NCBI RefSeq assembly: GCF_006345805.1
Contig: NC_043000.1
Location: forward strand, 117,056,001-117,120,000
Length of the DNA: 64,000 nucleotides
Direction of reading: 5' to 3'
DNA from: Octopus sinensis
Taxonomy: Eukaryota
In this document: piece by piece, positions 40,757-53,150 of the stretch
How positions within the stretch are numbered: position 1 is the stretch's first letter
Layout of the letters: the number at the start of each line of letters is the position of its first letter
The notes under the pieces: model-generated
Told to the model about the DNA's origin: nothing
The model's input: only the letters and a program-made list of their open reading frames with translations
The model's database searches: none
Made by a program: the position numbers and the translations under genes

Positions 40757-41290
40757 CATAGAATATTATGAATTCAAAAAATCTTTTTACATAATTGCCA
40801 CATTACATGTATATATACAGTCTTTGGTAACAGGGACATGTTTAGGACATAAAGAAGTACAACAGTGTGATGAGAATATTTGAAAAAATGGGCAGAAAAG
40901 AATAAAACAAATATATTATTGGAAGTTTGGTTGCGTTAATTATTGGTTGTTGCAAATTGCCACATTACATGTATATGTACAGTCTTTGGTAACAGGGACA
41001 TGTTAAGGACATAAGAAAGTACAACAGTATGATGAGAATATTTGAAAAAATGGGCAGAAAAGATTAAAACAAATATATTATACATACTCTAACATACCCC
41101 CTAGGCACACATCCAAAGCAAGCACACAGGGACACGCTCACACTCGCAACATATCATGCAGGCGGACAATATTCTCATCACACTGTTGTACTTCTTTATG
41201 CCCTTGAGATGTCCCTGTTACCAAAGACTGTATATATACATGTAATGTGGCAATTATGTAAAAAAAATTTTGAATTCATAATATTCTATG

Positions 41291-41335
41291 TTACTTTTGA
41301 CAATCTTTTTCCCAAGAGTGAAACCGGTTAAGTAA
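41291..41335 (+). ncRNA. Hammerhead-like motif, U3-A8 variant (right arm)
   Basis: UUACUU-UUGACAA-UCUUUUUCCCAAGAGU-GAAA-CCGG-UU-AAGUAA. Confidence 0.55.
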
Positions 41336-41373
41336 ATAAATATCTTTTAAATTGCATTTTCAAACCTTCTTTC

Positions 41374-41407
<34 letters not shown>

Positions 41408-41409
<2 letters not shown>

Positions 41410-41610
41410 TGTAAGACAGGCCTACCAGGATTTTATCGACTCTAGATTGCCAGGCTTTTACAGTTCCGGGCTGGAAAAGCTACCGCTGAAATGGCAAGTG
41501 GGTATTGACAATATGAGTGCATACTTTGATGAATAAAACTATTCCTTGTATTTATAAAACTTTATGAAACTTTTATTTCTTTTCTACAAATTTCATACTT
41601 GGCAACCTTA
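41408..41610 (+). mobile_element. mariner 3' end, duplicate of 49312-49511
   Basis: Near-identical sequence ending tttcatacttggcaacctta. Confidence 0.85.
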
Positions 41611-41632
41611 TATATATATATATATATATATA

Positions 41633-42809
41633 CTAGCAGTATCGCCCGGCGTTGCTCGGGTTGTAAGGGAAATAACTATATAAGCATTTTTAGAGAGTTA
41701 TAGCCAAAAAATAGCAAAAAAATGCATTAAAAATTGAAAAAAAATGATGGTAAATTTTTTTTTTAAATCGTTGACACATCGTAGATATTTTTAGAGAGTT
41801 ACTTCCCTTATATAAAAGCGAAAAAAATGCATTAAAATGGAAAAATATGATGGTAAATTTTTTTTAAATCGTAGACTCATCGTAGACGCGCGCTAATACC
41901 CAGAAGGGCTCGATATGAATCACGACTATAAGATACCCGCTTTTGGTTAAACAGCACCGCAAAATGTGGGAGTAGTTACGAATCTAAATCGTAGGAGACA
42001 GACACACAACTTCACTCTTATATAAAGATGCTTTTTTTTTTTCAGTCATAGAGTTAGATTTATGAAGGTCTTCAGTAGAAAATCCTTCGAATTCTGACTC
42101 GCTGCTTGATATAATGAAATTCGTATCCATTTTTTGTCAGGATTACAAATTTTGAAAACACAATAGGAACAAATTTCGGAAAAAAATCTCCCATAATTCA
42201 CGGAATTAAAATTACATTTCGATTTTTGTACAAAACTGTATTTGAAGTGTTTACGAAGTACAATACGTGTTTTCACGAATGTACTAAAGAGATTTACTCT
42301 GATATTCTCATTTAAATATGAATAGGTAAATTCGGGCGGTTTGGTAACGAAAGGGTTTACATAAGTGTCGTCTGTTTATACATAAACACTGTTTCATACT
42401 TTCAGTTTAGTCTTCCTCAAATCACTCTGTCGCGATTTACTCTCTTCCAAGAACATTTTCACTCACTCTTATCTGTTAGCTTGCCATACATTTTACTCAT
42501 GTATCTATCAGCGTGATAGACAGAAACAAATATTACATCTAGTTTCACTTTATTCGTTGCACACTGTGTGTGTGCGTTTGCGTGTGCTGTAAACCAGACT
42601 AAGAAAAGCATTTGACATACACACCAGAATGTGAGTTTTCTGTAAATTTTGCTTAATTGGAGTTTAAATTTTAAAAACTGGACCTGGCAAAACCCGATGC
42701 ATTCTACTCTTAAAAATGCTAGGTAAATTGTAATTGAAGAAATCCTATATTGTAGATTTCTATAACTGACAAAGGGAGGCAGATAAAATCTGCCTTTTAT
42801 AATAAGAGA
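41633..42809 (-). mobile_element. Composite non-autonomous Helitron, 1177 bp
   Basis: A|TC at 42809, a second internal Helitron 5' end at 42028, hairpin plus CTAG|T at 41633. The block is absent from the paralogous site near 49520. Confidence 0.8.
42030..42355 (-). mobile_element. piggyBac-like 5' fragment inside the Helitron
   Basis: Starts CCCTTTCGTTACC; acidic N-terminus MDTNFIISSSESEFEGFSTEDL from 42130. Confidence 0.5.
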
Positions 42810-42833
42810 TATATATATGGGAATGAATATCTT

Positions 42834-42865
<32 letters not shown>

Positions 42866-42914
42866 ACTATCTATCAATCTATATCTATCTAACTATCTAT
42901 CTATATCTATCTAA

Positions 42915-42975
<61 letters not shown>

Positions 42976-43259
42976 CATATATATATATATATTATATATA
43001 TAATATATATATATATATATAATATATATATATATAATAATAATAATTTGAGGGAATATTATTCCTATTTTGCACATTACTAAATCATCGGTATATTATT
43101 GTTATTTCATATTTGATATTTCTATTATATGACATCTCAGTGTTTGGTCTCGCCCCACACAACGGTCTTCCACAATCCAGGCTCCACTTGGAGCAACGCT
43201 ACATCTTCACCCTACAAACCACTACCCCACACGGACTCAACACAACCCCCTCCTCTTAG

Positions 43260-45420
43260 TGTCTTTTTTTTTCGGAAACACACACACGCATACCCAGGTA
43301 TCCACGACCCTCCCCACATACCTACTTCCAACACACCTACCTCCAACACACCACACACATACAACCTACTTGTACGCACACACGCCCGTTCACACACACA
43401 CATATACATACGTATACACACATACATATATTCACACATTTAATCACACATACATACATGCACACACAAACAAACAAACATGCACATACATACACACATG
43501 CATACATACACACATACACACACATACATACACACACACATACACACATACATACACACATACATACATACATACACACACATACATACATACGCACATA
43601 CATACACATATACACACACACATACGTACATACATACTTTACATACATACACACACACACACATGCTCACATACACGCATGCACACACACATACATACAC
43701 ACGCACACGTTTACACGAATGCGCTTTGGCACGGGCCTGGGGTGGGGTCGGCCCCATATGCGTGCGTTGTGTTGTTTGTGTGTTGTGTGTGTGAGCGTGC
43801 GTTCGTATGTGTGTGTATACATACATACACACAGACATGCATGCACGCCCGCACACATACATACCTACATACATACACTTACACACACTTACACACATAC
43901 ACACATACACACATACATACATACACACATACACGCATACACACACACATACATACCTACACACATACATACATACACACATACACGCATACACATACAT
44001 ACATACACAAGACATACATACACAAAGACATACGCCTATACACTCACACATACATACATACACACCCACATACACACGCACACGCATACATACACACACA
44101 CACACCTACACTCCCACATACATACATACACGCCCACATACACACGCACACGCATACATACACACACACACACACGCATACATACATACATTACATACGT
44201 ACACACATACATACATTCATACCTTCATTCATACATACATACATGCATACACACACGCACAAACATACACAGACACACACCCATACATACATACACACAT
44301 ACATACACACATACACTTATACACACACGCTTACACACATACATACACACACATACATACATACACACACATACGCACACATATACGCACATACACATAT
44401 ACATACACACATGCACACACACACACACACATATATACGCACATGCATGCATACATACATACATACATACACACATACACATATACTCGCATGCACACAT
44501 ACATACATACACACACACACGCATGCACACATACATACATACACATACATACATACATACATACATACATACATACATACATACACACACTTCCACACAT
44601 ACACACATACATACATACACACACACATACACACACACATACTTACATACACTCATACGGACACACATACACACAGACATACACACAGACATACACACAT
44701 ACACACTCACACATACATACACACACATACCTACACACACACTCGCATGCACTCGTACACACATGCATGCGCGCGCGCACAGATACATACATGCATGCAC
44801 GCATGCCTGTGGGTTCTGGCTTTATCTCGTGTTCGTGCCTGGGCCGGCGCGTTGTGCCTACTGTTTCTCTTGCGCCTGTCACTTCAGGAGTATTTTCCAT
44901 CATCCCTTCAGTTGCGAAGTGTGTCCTTGTATGCATATATATACACACATATAAACATATAAACACACATATAATACCCCTACATTTTGTACACACACGC
45001 ACATACATACATACATTCACTCCCACGCACTTACAAACATTTACATATATATATATACAATACACGCACACACACTTACACACGTACAAACACACACGAA
45101 TTCACATACACACCGACACATATACATACACACAACATATACCTCCACGCGCAGGCACACATACACATACGTACACACATATAAGCACAGGCACACACAT
45201 ACATACGCACACCAAAACATGCGCACACATACGCACGCACACATACATACATGCACACAATTATACATATACGCACATATAAGCACACACACACACACCC
45301 ACACATACACTTAGTTAAGCACAGTTACTCGCCATACACACAAAAAAACGCACACATACACACACATACTACAACAAAACACACACACGAGACATATACA
45401 CGCACACACACATTCCTCCC
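43260..45420. repeat. Cryptic (CA)/(CATA)n low-complexity tract, about 2.1 kb
   Basis: Read directly; it is the source of the 490-567 aa H/T/Y/I pseudo-ORFs. Confidence 0.95.
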
Positions 45421-45686
45421 TGTTTTCTGACCTGCCTTCCTGACTGCCTTCCTGACTCGCTACTGCTGCTTGCCACTAGCCTTCGCCCACCATATACACA
45501 CATACACACACACCCTTGTCATCTCGCACACCGTTGTTTACCATTCCTTCTTTGATTCCGCTCTCCTGTTTTTGAAAACCTGCTCCTTCTTGTTTACCAC
45601 TTCCGCCTTTTCAGTATGTGACCTCGTGAAGACCACTTGCATTTTTTCCCTCCGTCCTCCCACCTCGGGATCTTTCTTTCTCCTAT

Positions 45687-45721
45687 GTTTCCGACGAAGA
45701 GCTCCGCTCGAAACGTCATAC
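45687..45721 (+). ncRNA. Decayed minimal hammerhead within a Penelope pLTR-like remnant (about 45500-45815)
   Basis: GUUU-CCGACGA-A-GAGC ucc GCUC-GAAA-CG-UC-AUAC; U4C change in the core and one mismatch in helix I. Confidence 0.55.
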
Positions 45722-45816
45722 CCTCCTTCTTCCCTTCTTTCCTGAGCACCCAATAATACTTTATTTGTTCCACATCCTCGCGTTGTTGTCTTTTTGTTTT
45801 CTTGTTTGAATTAACG

Positions 45817-45864
<48 letters not shown>

Positions 45865-46671
45865 TGATATCTCTCATTACTAAGACCCGCTTTAGGAGAG
45901 ACTTTACGAGATTTTAGGAGTTTTGTTTTCTGTTTGCCAGTTTTCGCTTTGCGAACGTTCTCCGGGAACGAATAAACTAATATATCCAGGCATTGCTGCA
46001 TATATGTGTGCATGTGTGTGTGGGGGTGCACATGTATTACAAACATGATGTATATGTTGCATATTACATGCGTACACACAAACATCTATATTTGAGATAA
46101 TTCGAAATTTCCTGTGCCGCAGCCACACCGAAACTAAATAATTATGGTGTTGTACTTTCAATATTACTTTTTAATCAGAAGTTGCTCACTCAATACTCCA
46201 AATATTTTTATTCTAGTTGGTCATTCATGTTACCACGACATTCGTTATCCACGGAGATATCCTTCTACATCGAATTTTCATACACGTAATTGACCTTGTT
46301 TTATGCAATTAACTTTGTTAACAAAATTCATATATCGATTTCTCCACTCACGTCATCTTAATACAGAATATTAAATAGCGCCAAGAAAACTGACGTATTT
46401 TTACACGTACCCAACAAACATAACTGTCCCACAAATATATATATATAATGACTGCTTAAGGCGGTGAGCTGGCAGAAGCGTTAGCACGCTGGGCGAAATG
46501 GTCATCTATCCATTATTCTTGGTTATTAGGTAGTAATTTATTATCCACTATTCAATTCCTTTAAAGACGATAATATATAATGGCAAAACGGTACTGCTCT
46601 TGTTTGTTAGACTCCTTGCAGGAATTTCTGGAGGTAGTCATGCCTTTCTGGGATTTAACTTAAAGGAAATA

Positions 46672-47434
46672 TCCTTTTCTACTCTAGGCACAAGGCCCAA
46701 AATTTTTGGGGAGGCGGGGCCAGTCGATTACATCGACTCCAGTATTCAACTGGTACCTAATTTATAGACCTCGAAAGGATGAAAAGCAGAGTCGACTTCG
46801 GCGGAATTTGACCGTAAAGACGGACGAAATACCTATTTCTTTACTACCCACAAGGGGCTAAACATAGAGTGGACAAACAAGGACAGACAAACGGATTAAG
46901 TCGATTACTTCGACCCCAGTGCGTAACTGGTACTTAATTTATCGACCCCGAAAGGATGAAAAGCAAAGTCGACCTCGACGGAATTTGAACTCGGAACGTA
47001 ACGGCAGACGAAATACGTATTTCTTACCACCTACAAGGGGCTAAACATAGAGGGGACAAACAAGGACAGACAAAGGGAATAAGTCGATTACATCGACCCT
47101 AGTGCGTAACTGGTACTTAATTTATCGACCCCGAAAGGATGAAAAGCAAAGTCGACCTCGGCGGAATTTGAACTCACAGCGTAACGGCAGACGAAATACC
47201 TGTTTCTTTATTACCCACAAGGGGTTACACATAGAGGGGACAAACAAGGGCAGACAAACGGATTAAGTCGATTACATCGACCCCAGTGCGTGACTGGTAC
47301 TTAATACATCGACCCTGAAAGGATGAAAGGCAAAGTCGACCTCGGCGGAATTTGAACACAGAACGTAACGGCAGACGAAACACGGCTACGCATTTGGCCC
47401 GGCGTGCTAACGTTTCTGACAGCTCACCACCTTA
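46672..47434 (-). mobile_element. SINE family A tetramer: head + 3 x (core-tail A) + core-tail B
   Basis: Units of about 185 bp join at gaaata|ggtatttcgtc-like junctions near 47200, 47015 and 46832. Confidence 0.9.
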
Positions 47435-47748
47435 AATGAACGAAATATCATGTAGTGCTCAACTGAATCGCGCAAATGTAGGAATGTGTACTTCTCCGGC
47501 AGCGTGTTGTTGCCATTGATTCCCTGTATGCAAATATCTCTAAGGACCATATATTACGCATTCGGATTCAATTTTCTCTGGTTACGCATTCCTTATTATT
47601 ATAGTCATCATTATATATATTTTTATCCCTTTCCTTGTATTTATGGTTTGCCTCGTTGATTACCAGAGATATATTGTTGGATACTGAAAATATTATTGGT
47701 GGATTAGCTTGTAGCTCTGTTGTTTTAGAAAGAATAAATATTTATTAC

Positions 47749-47934
47749 GGCCAAAATAGGTTGATATATCCTTTGAGATTATCGTAAGCAGATCAAGACT
47801 CGTCATATCATTCATAGCTTTATATATTTCTACGTCGCCCACAAAGAAAATATATTCCAGGTTGATATTTCTATCATCGTGTGAGGCAATCTTAAAACCT
47901 TGAGTCTTACATAATAAAAAGCAGAATCGGTTCA
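47749..47934 (-). CDS. Candidate internal coding exon, 186 nt, phase 1-1
   Basis: Acceptor ctgtttatattgcag|tg; donor ggcc|gtaata; lies within an 80-codon ORF in AT-rich unique DNA. Confidence 0.35.
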
Positions 47935-48234
47935 CTGCAATATAAACAGAATATAAATTTTCCTAGAAATATGCACCTGAGATACTTTATCGTATCATAG
48001 GCAACAGCATCCTGTTCTTAATTGAATTCCGGAAGGTAACCCAGGAGACACTGAGGTTGTTTATGACTTTCCTTATGTATGCAGGTATTTTCGTTTTATT
48101 TTCCTCCTTTCAGACAAATTTATCCTTCACCCTCCTCGTGTATACATTTCGTTATAGAACGTAGTCAATTAAGTTTTATAGTTTCATATGAGAATCTAGA
48201 AATATGGTATATTAATTGTATATTTAATATCTAT

Positions 48235-48465
48235 TTCTTTACTACCCACAAGGGGCTAAACACAGAGACGACAAACAAGGACAGACAAAGGGATTAAGTC
48301 GATTATATCGACCCCAGTGCGTAACTGGTACTTATTTAATCGACCCCGAAAGGATGAAAGGCAAAGTCGACCTCGGCGGAATTTGAAATTAGAGCGTAGC
48401 GGCAAACGAAATACGGCTACGCATTTCGCCCGGCGTGCTAACGTTTCTGCCAGCTCGCCGCCTTA
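48235..48465 (-). mobile_element. SINE family A monomer
   Basis: TSD of about 20 bp, taattgtatatttaatatct, at 48213-48232 and 48466-48485. Confidence 0.9.
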
Positions 48466-48501
48466 TAATTGTATATTTAATATCTATGTACATATAAAAA
48501 G

Positions 48502-48710
48502 GTAGTGGGCAGGCAGAATCCGTAAATCGCCGGAAAATAAAGCTTAGCGATATTCCTTCCTGCTCAGTAGATACTGGGTTCAAATTCTACCGAGGTCAAA
48601 TTTGGTTTTCATCCCTTCGAAGTCGATAAAGTAAAAATCCTCTTGAATACTAATCGACACCTAACGACTCTCAAATTTTCTGGCCTTGTACCAAAATTAA
48701 AAGAATTGCC
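48502..48710 (+). mobile_element. Old SINE family A monomer with tail B
   Basis: Diverged head and core, ending aaattttctggccttgtaccaaaattaaaagaat. Confidence 0.6.
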
Positions 48711-48724
48711 TGTATTATATATAT

Positions 48725-48936
48725 AAGGCGGTGAGCTGGTAGAATCGTTAGCACACGGGGCGAAATGCTTAGCGGTATTTCGTCTGCCGCTACGTTCTGA
48801 GTTCAAATTACACTGAGGCCGACTTTGCCTTTCATCCTTTCGGGGTCGATGAAATAAGGACCAGTCACGCAGTGGGGTCGATATAATCGACTTGATCCAG
48901 TTGTCTGTCCTTGTTTGTTTCCTCTGTGTTTAGCCA
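48725..48936 (+). mobile_element. SINE family A monomer, tail truncated by the mariner
   Basis: Head, box B and core are present; the tail stops at tgtttagcc. Confidence 0.85.
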
Positions 48937-49511
48937 CCAAAACAGTCCAAAAGCAAAATTCATCAAAATAAGCTGATGGTGTGTGTTTGGATGTCTGGCG
49001 GAGGTGTGACCAATTATGATTTCATTAAACCTGGCTCATCAATCACGGCCGCAGTATACTGCAGCCAACTGGACCAAATGATGCGGAAACTTTAAAAAAA
49101 AACAGACTAGATCAGTCAACAAATCCACTCCTATTTTATTGCAAGACAACACCAGACCACCCATCGCAGAAATGACATTGACCCAACTACAGGATTTGGA
49201 GTTGGAAGTTCTCCATCATCCACCATACTCACCTGATCTTGTCCCCACTGACTAACACTTCTTCCAGAATTTGGATAACTTTTTGATTGGAAAAAATTTA
49301 ATTCTCACGATACTGTGAGACAGGCCTACCAGAATTTTATCGACTCTAGATTGCCAGGCTTTTACAGTTCCGGGCTGGAAAAGCTACCGCTGAAATGGCA
49401 AAACGGTATTGATAATATGGGTGCATACTTTGATGAATAAAACTATTCCTTGTATTTATAAAACTTTATGAAACTTTTATTTCTTTTCTACAAATTTCAT
49501 ACTTGGCAACC
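48937..49511 (+). mobile_element. mariner (DD34D) 3' half
   Basis: KLMVCVW, LLQDNTRP, HPPYSPDLVPTD.HFF, GLEKLPLKWQ..YFDE*, then a 3' TIR and TA. Confidence 0.9.
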
Positions 49512-49554
<43 letters not shown>

Positions 49555-49561
49555 AAATGAA

Positions 49562-49643
<82 letters not shown>

Positions 49644-50091
49644 CTCTCTCTCTCTATATATATATATATAATAATTTGAGGGAATATTATTCCCTATTTT
49701 GCACATTACTTAATCATCGGTATATTATGTTATTTCATATTTGATATTTCTATTATATGTAATTTTCTAGATGGTGTAATTTAATTGTTCATTTTGAATT
49801 GATAAAAGGTGTTTTTTTAAATTTATATATATATATATATATGCATTTAAAAGTTCCCGCCGTTTTTTTAAATGCATATATATGCATATATATAAATTTG
49901 TACGAAGCATAATGATGCTTAAAAAGCACACACCTGCTAGAAATAAGAACTAAAGTCATACATTAATCAATCGTACAGCACCAAGTAAAACAGTATGCAA
50001 GAAACACGGAAAGAATTAATACATTTAAACAACACAATATATATATATCTATATATATATATTATATTATATATATTATATATATATATAT

Positions 50092-50122
<31 letters not shown>

Positions 50123-50126
50123 AACA

Positions 50127-50182
<56 letters not shown>

Positions 50183-50296
50183 TAGAGATAGATACATTTA
50201 TGTGTGTGTGAGTGTGTTGTTTTGTGTGTGTGTATGTGTACGTTCAAACACTAAGATTTGAAATAAGATGTCTCCACTGTTAATATCATCTGTGGA

Positions 50297-51040
50297 TAAA
50301 CTTTAAAATTGATGATATCACCAGCAGTGACATAGGTGCATCGCCGACGCAATAGCATTAAATAGGTATGAATTATAAACTTGCACGAAGCGTAATGATG
50401 CTTAATAAATATTCACCTAAAGTCTTAAATTAATCCACCGTATAGCACCAAGATAAGAGAGAAAATCAGCATGCGAGGAAAACGAATGGAATTAATACAT
50501 TTAACAGCAGAAAATAAAATATTTTGCAGTTTAGAGCATCGACACACCCGGGTTTCGGCTTTTAGATATTTAATCCTTGAGGCTCTTCAATGTGAACGAT
50601 CTAGTAAGAATTCACGACTGTCACGTTAAATTCTGACAGTGCAAATGGTTTTGTTTTGCGCCAAAAACAGAGTAAATGGTGCAGAAAAATTATAAGCAAA
50701 GCAAAACCAGTAGTAGCACTGTCAGAGTTTAACGAGAAGGACGTGAATTCTTACTAGGTGGTTCACTTTGAAGAGCATCAAGGATTAAAAATCCAAAAGC
50801 CGAAACCCGGGTGTGTCGATGTCCTAAACTGCAGAATATTTTATTTTGTGCTGTTAAATGTATTAATTCCTTTCGTTTTCCTCGCATGCTGTTTTTCTCT
50901 GTTATCTTGGTGCTGTACGGGTGCATAATTTTTAAGCATCATTACGCTTCGTGCAAATTTATAATTCATACCTATATAATGCTATTGAGCCGGCGATGCA
51001 CCTACGTCGCTGCTGGTGATATCATCAATTTTAAAATTTA
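50297..51040. repeat. Fold-back element with ~350-bp inverted arms and a 36-nt loop; diverged third partial copy at about 49897-50036
   Basis: Arms 50297-50659 / 50696-51040. Each arm holds a decayed hammerhead-like motif (UUGAAGA..GAAA-CCCGGG-UG). Confidence 0.9.
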
Positions 51041-51109
51041 CTCCTTTACTCTTTTACTCTTTTTAACTCGTTTCAGTCATGTAGTTGCCGTCATGCTGGA
51101 GCACCACCG

Positions 51110-51365
51110 TATTCTTTCTGATTCTTCAATCTCAAGTGTTCCACATCACCTCTCTTGCATGTGCTTTTGTCCCAGCTGTTGGTCCATTTGTTGTATAAGT
51201 GAGTTTGTTTCCGCTGCCCTCATAAGCACCTCGTGTCGGGTTGTTGGTTCATCGGATATTGTGGAGAGGAGGATGTCTAGTTCCTTTTTGAAGACATCTA
51301 CTTCCATTTTACGCAGATTTCTTAAATTATTGTGGCAGGGCATTGAAGAGCTGTGGGCTTTTGAA
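51110..51365 (-). mobile_element. CR1-like LINE 3' end
   Basis: LRNLRKMEVDVFKKELDILLSTISDEP..RAAETNSLIQQ. Confidence 0.75.
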
Positions 51366-51467
51366 CCCTAGACAACTGCATTATTAAAGTAAATTAGGCT
51401 TACAGCTGTGTCCTGTAGTCATTATAGATTCGTTATTGAACCTATATACACACATATGTGTGTGTGT

Positions 51468-51503
<36 letters not shown>

Positions 51504-51852
51504 CAATAAGAAAATGGAGGGGATCAATAGATGGTTCATCAAGATTTAGACATTATATTATATCAACTTATTTATTTATTTACTAAAATGACAATTACAA
51601 GAATATACATACATGCCTGACATTATGCTTTACATATTAAATATATTAATATATAAAGATACCAGTAATTATTAAAATATGTCATATTTTAATAACTACT
51701 TTTATCTTTATATATCAATATATTTTGTATGTAAAGTACACTATGTTATATATGTATATTCTTGTAATTGTCATTTTAATAAATAAATAAATAAGTTGAC
51801 ATAATATAATGTCTAAAAGTTGATGTATATTGATCCCTCCATTTTCTTATTG
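51504..51852. repeat. Near-perfect AT-rich palindrome, about 350 bp
   Basis: caataagaaaatggagg..cctccattttcttattg; centre aaaatatg-t-catatttt at 51682. Confidence 0.9.
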
Positions 51853-52168
51853 GTCTATAAATTAATAGTAAAATATCTCTTTACCTTCACCCATTTAGTA
51901 CATTAGGTAACGTAATTGCAATGCAATAAAAACACTTGTGTATTAATAATTGGGTATTCTACCAGCAGTATATTGGATAGATATTATCCCTTAGTTGGTT
52001 GGATTCACAACCTCTAACTTTCTTGGAATATACATGCATACATATGTATATGTGTGTGTGGTGTGTGGTATACATACATATATATATATATGTATATAAT
52101 ATATGTGTGTATATATATGTGTATTATGTATATGTATGTATATATATATATATATATATATTAATATA

Positions 52169-52202
<34 letters not shown>

Positions 52203-52222
52203 ATATATATTTATATATAATA

Positions 52223-52254
<32 letters not shown>

Positions 52255-52272
52255 CTATATATATATAATATA

Positions 52273-52340
<68 letters not shown>

Positions 52341-53106
52341 TGTTCATGCATTAGCATTTTGCAATTTCGATCGTTTCCTGTCGGGAATGTCTCACTAATG
52401 TAAACAGAAATTAAAAACAATTTCTATTTTGAATGGATAAATAACTTTATGATTTCTTTTTAAAATAGAAATGTACTTTTTTTTTACTTATTTACACAAG
52501 TCTTTTATTTATGTTTTGTTCTTTTAAGGTTATTTTTCTACGCTGTCACAATATCTTCTTTCGTTTTAGTCTGTAGGCAGCTTCCCAAAGATTTTAATCA
52601 CATTAGAGATTAATCAAGCTGTTCCTTTGTATAACTCCTCGTGAGTTCCTGTTCTTTTAATGGATCTTATTAACGGATCTAACTCAATTTAATCGGTGAA
52701 ATTCCTGCTTTGCTAACCACTTCTAGTCCTAACTGTTTCCAATTTCCAATTGCCTGTTTTGAGGTTAGTTTAAGTTGTGGAACAAAATAGTCCGTCGGAA
52801 GTAAATTCCATTGTCGATTTTTATAAAAGATAGCTATATTAAGGTGAATATAGAATTAATCGTTGATAACAACGCTGCTTCGAATGCACGCAATGTTGTA
52901 GACACCATTTTGTCGCTATTGTTAAGTCAAACAAGGAATCTTTAACTAGGGCGTTAGCGACGTCACTGCCAATGCTAATGCCAACTTCACCTTCACATTG
53001 GATTTATCTGCTACTCCTGCTGTCCATTTATTCAGTCATACATACATACATACATACATACATACATACAAACATATATACATACATATAATATTATATA
53101 TATATA

Positions 53107-53144
<38 letters not shown>

Positions 53145-53150
<6 letters not shown>

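Larger units (their letters stand above)
40668..41378. repeat. Fold-back element: ~210-bp inverted arms plus an internal 127-bp direct repeat
   Basis: Arms 40668-40880 / 41168-41378; direct copies 40793-40919 and 40955-41081. Confidence 0.9.

Noticed and set aside
43259-45310. 491-567 aa ORFs in several frames
   Set aside because: These are translations of (CA)/(CATA)n, which lacks stop codons; the composition is H/T/Y/I or V/C/M only.
46672-47434. Regularly spaced repeats superficially like a CRISPR or satellite array
   Set aside because: Units are ~185-bp SINE bodies with no unique spacers, in a eukaryotic context with no cas genes.
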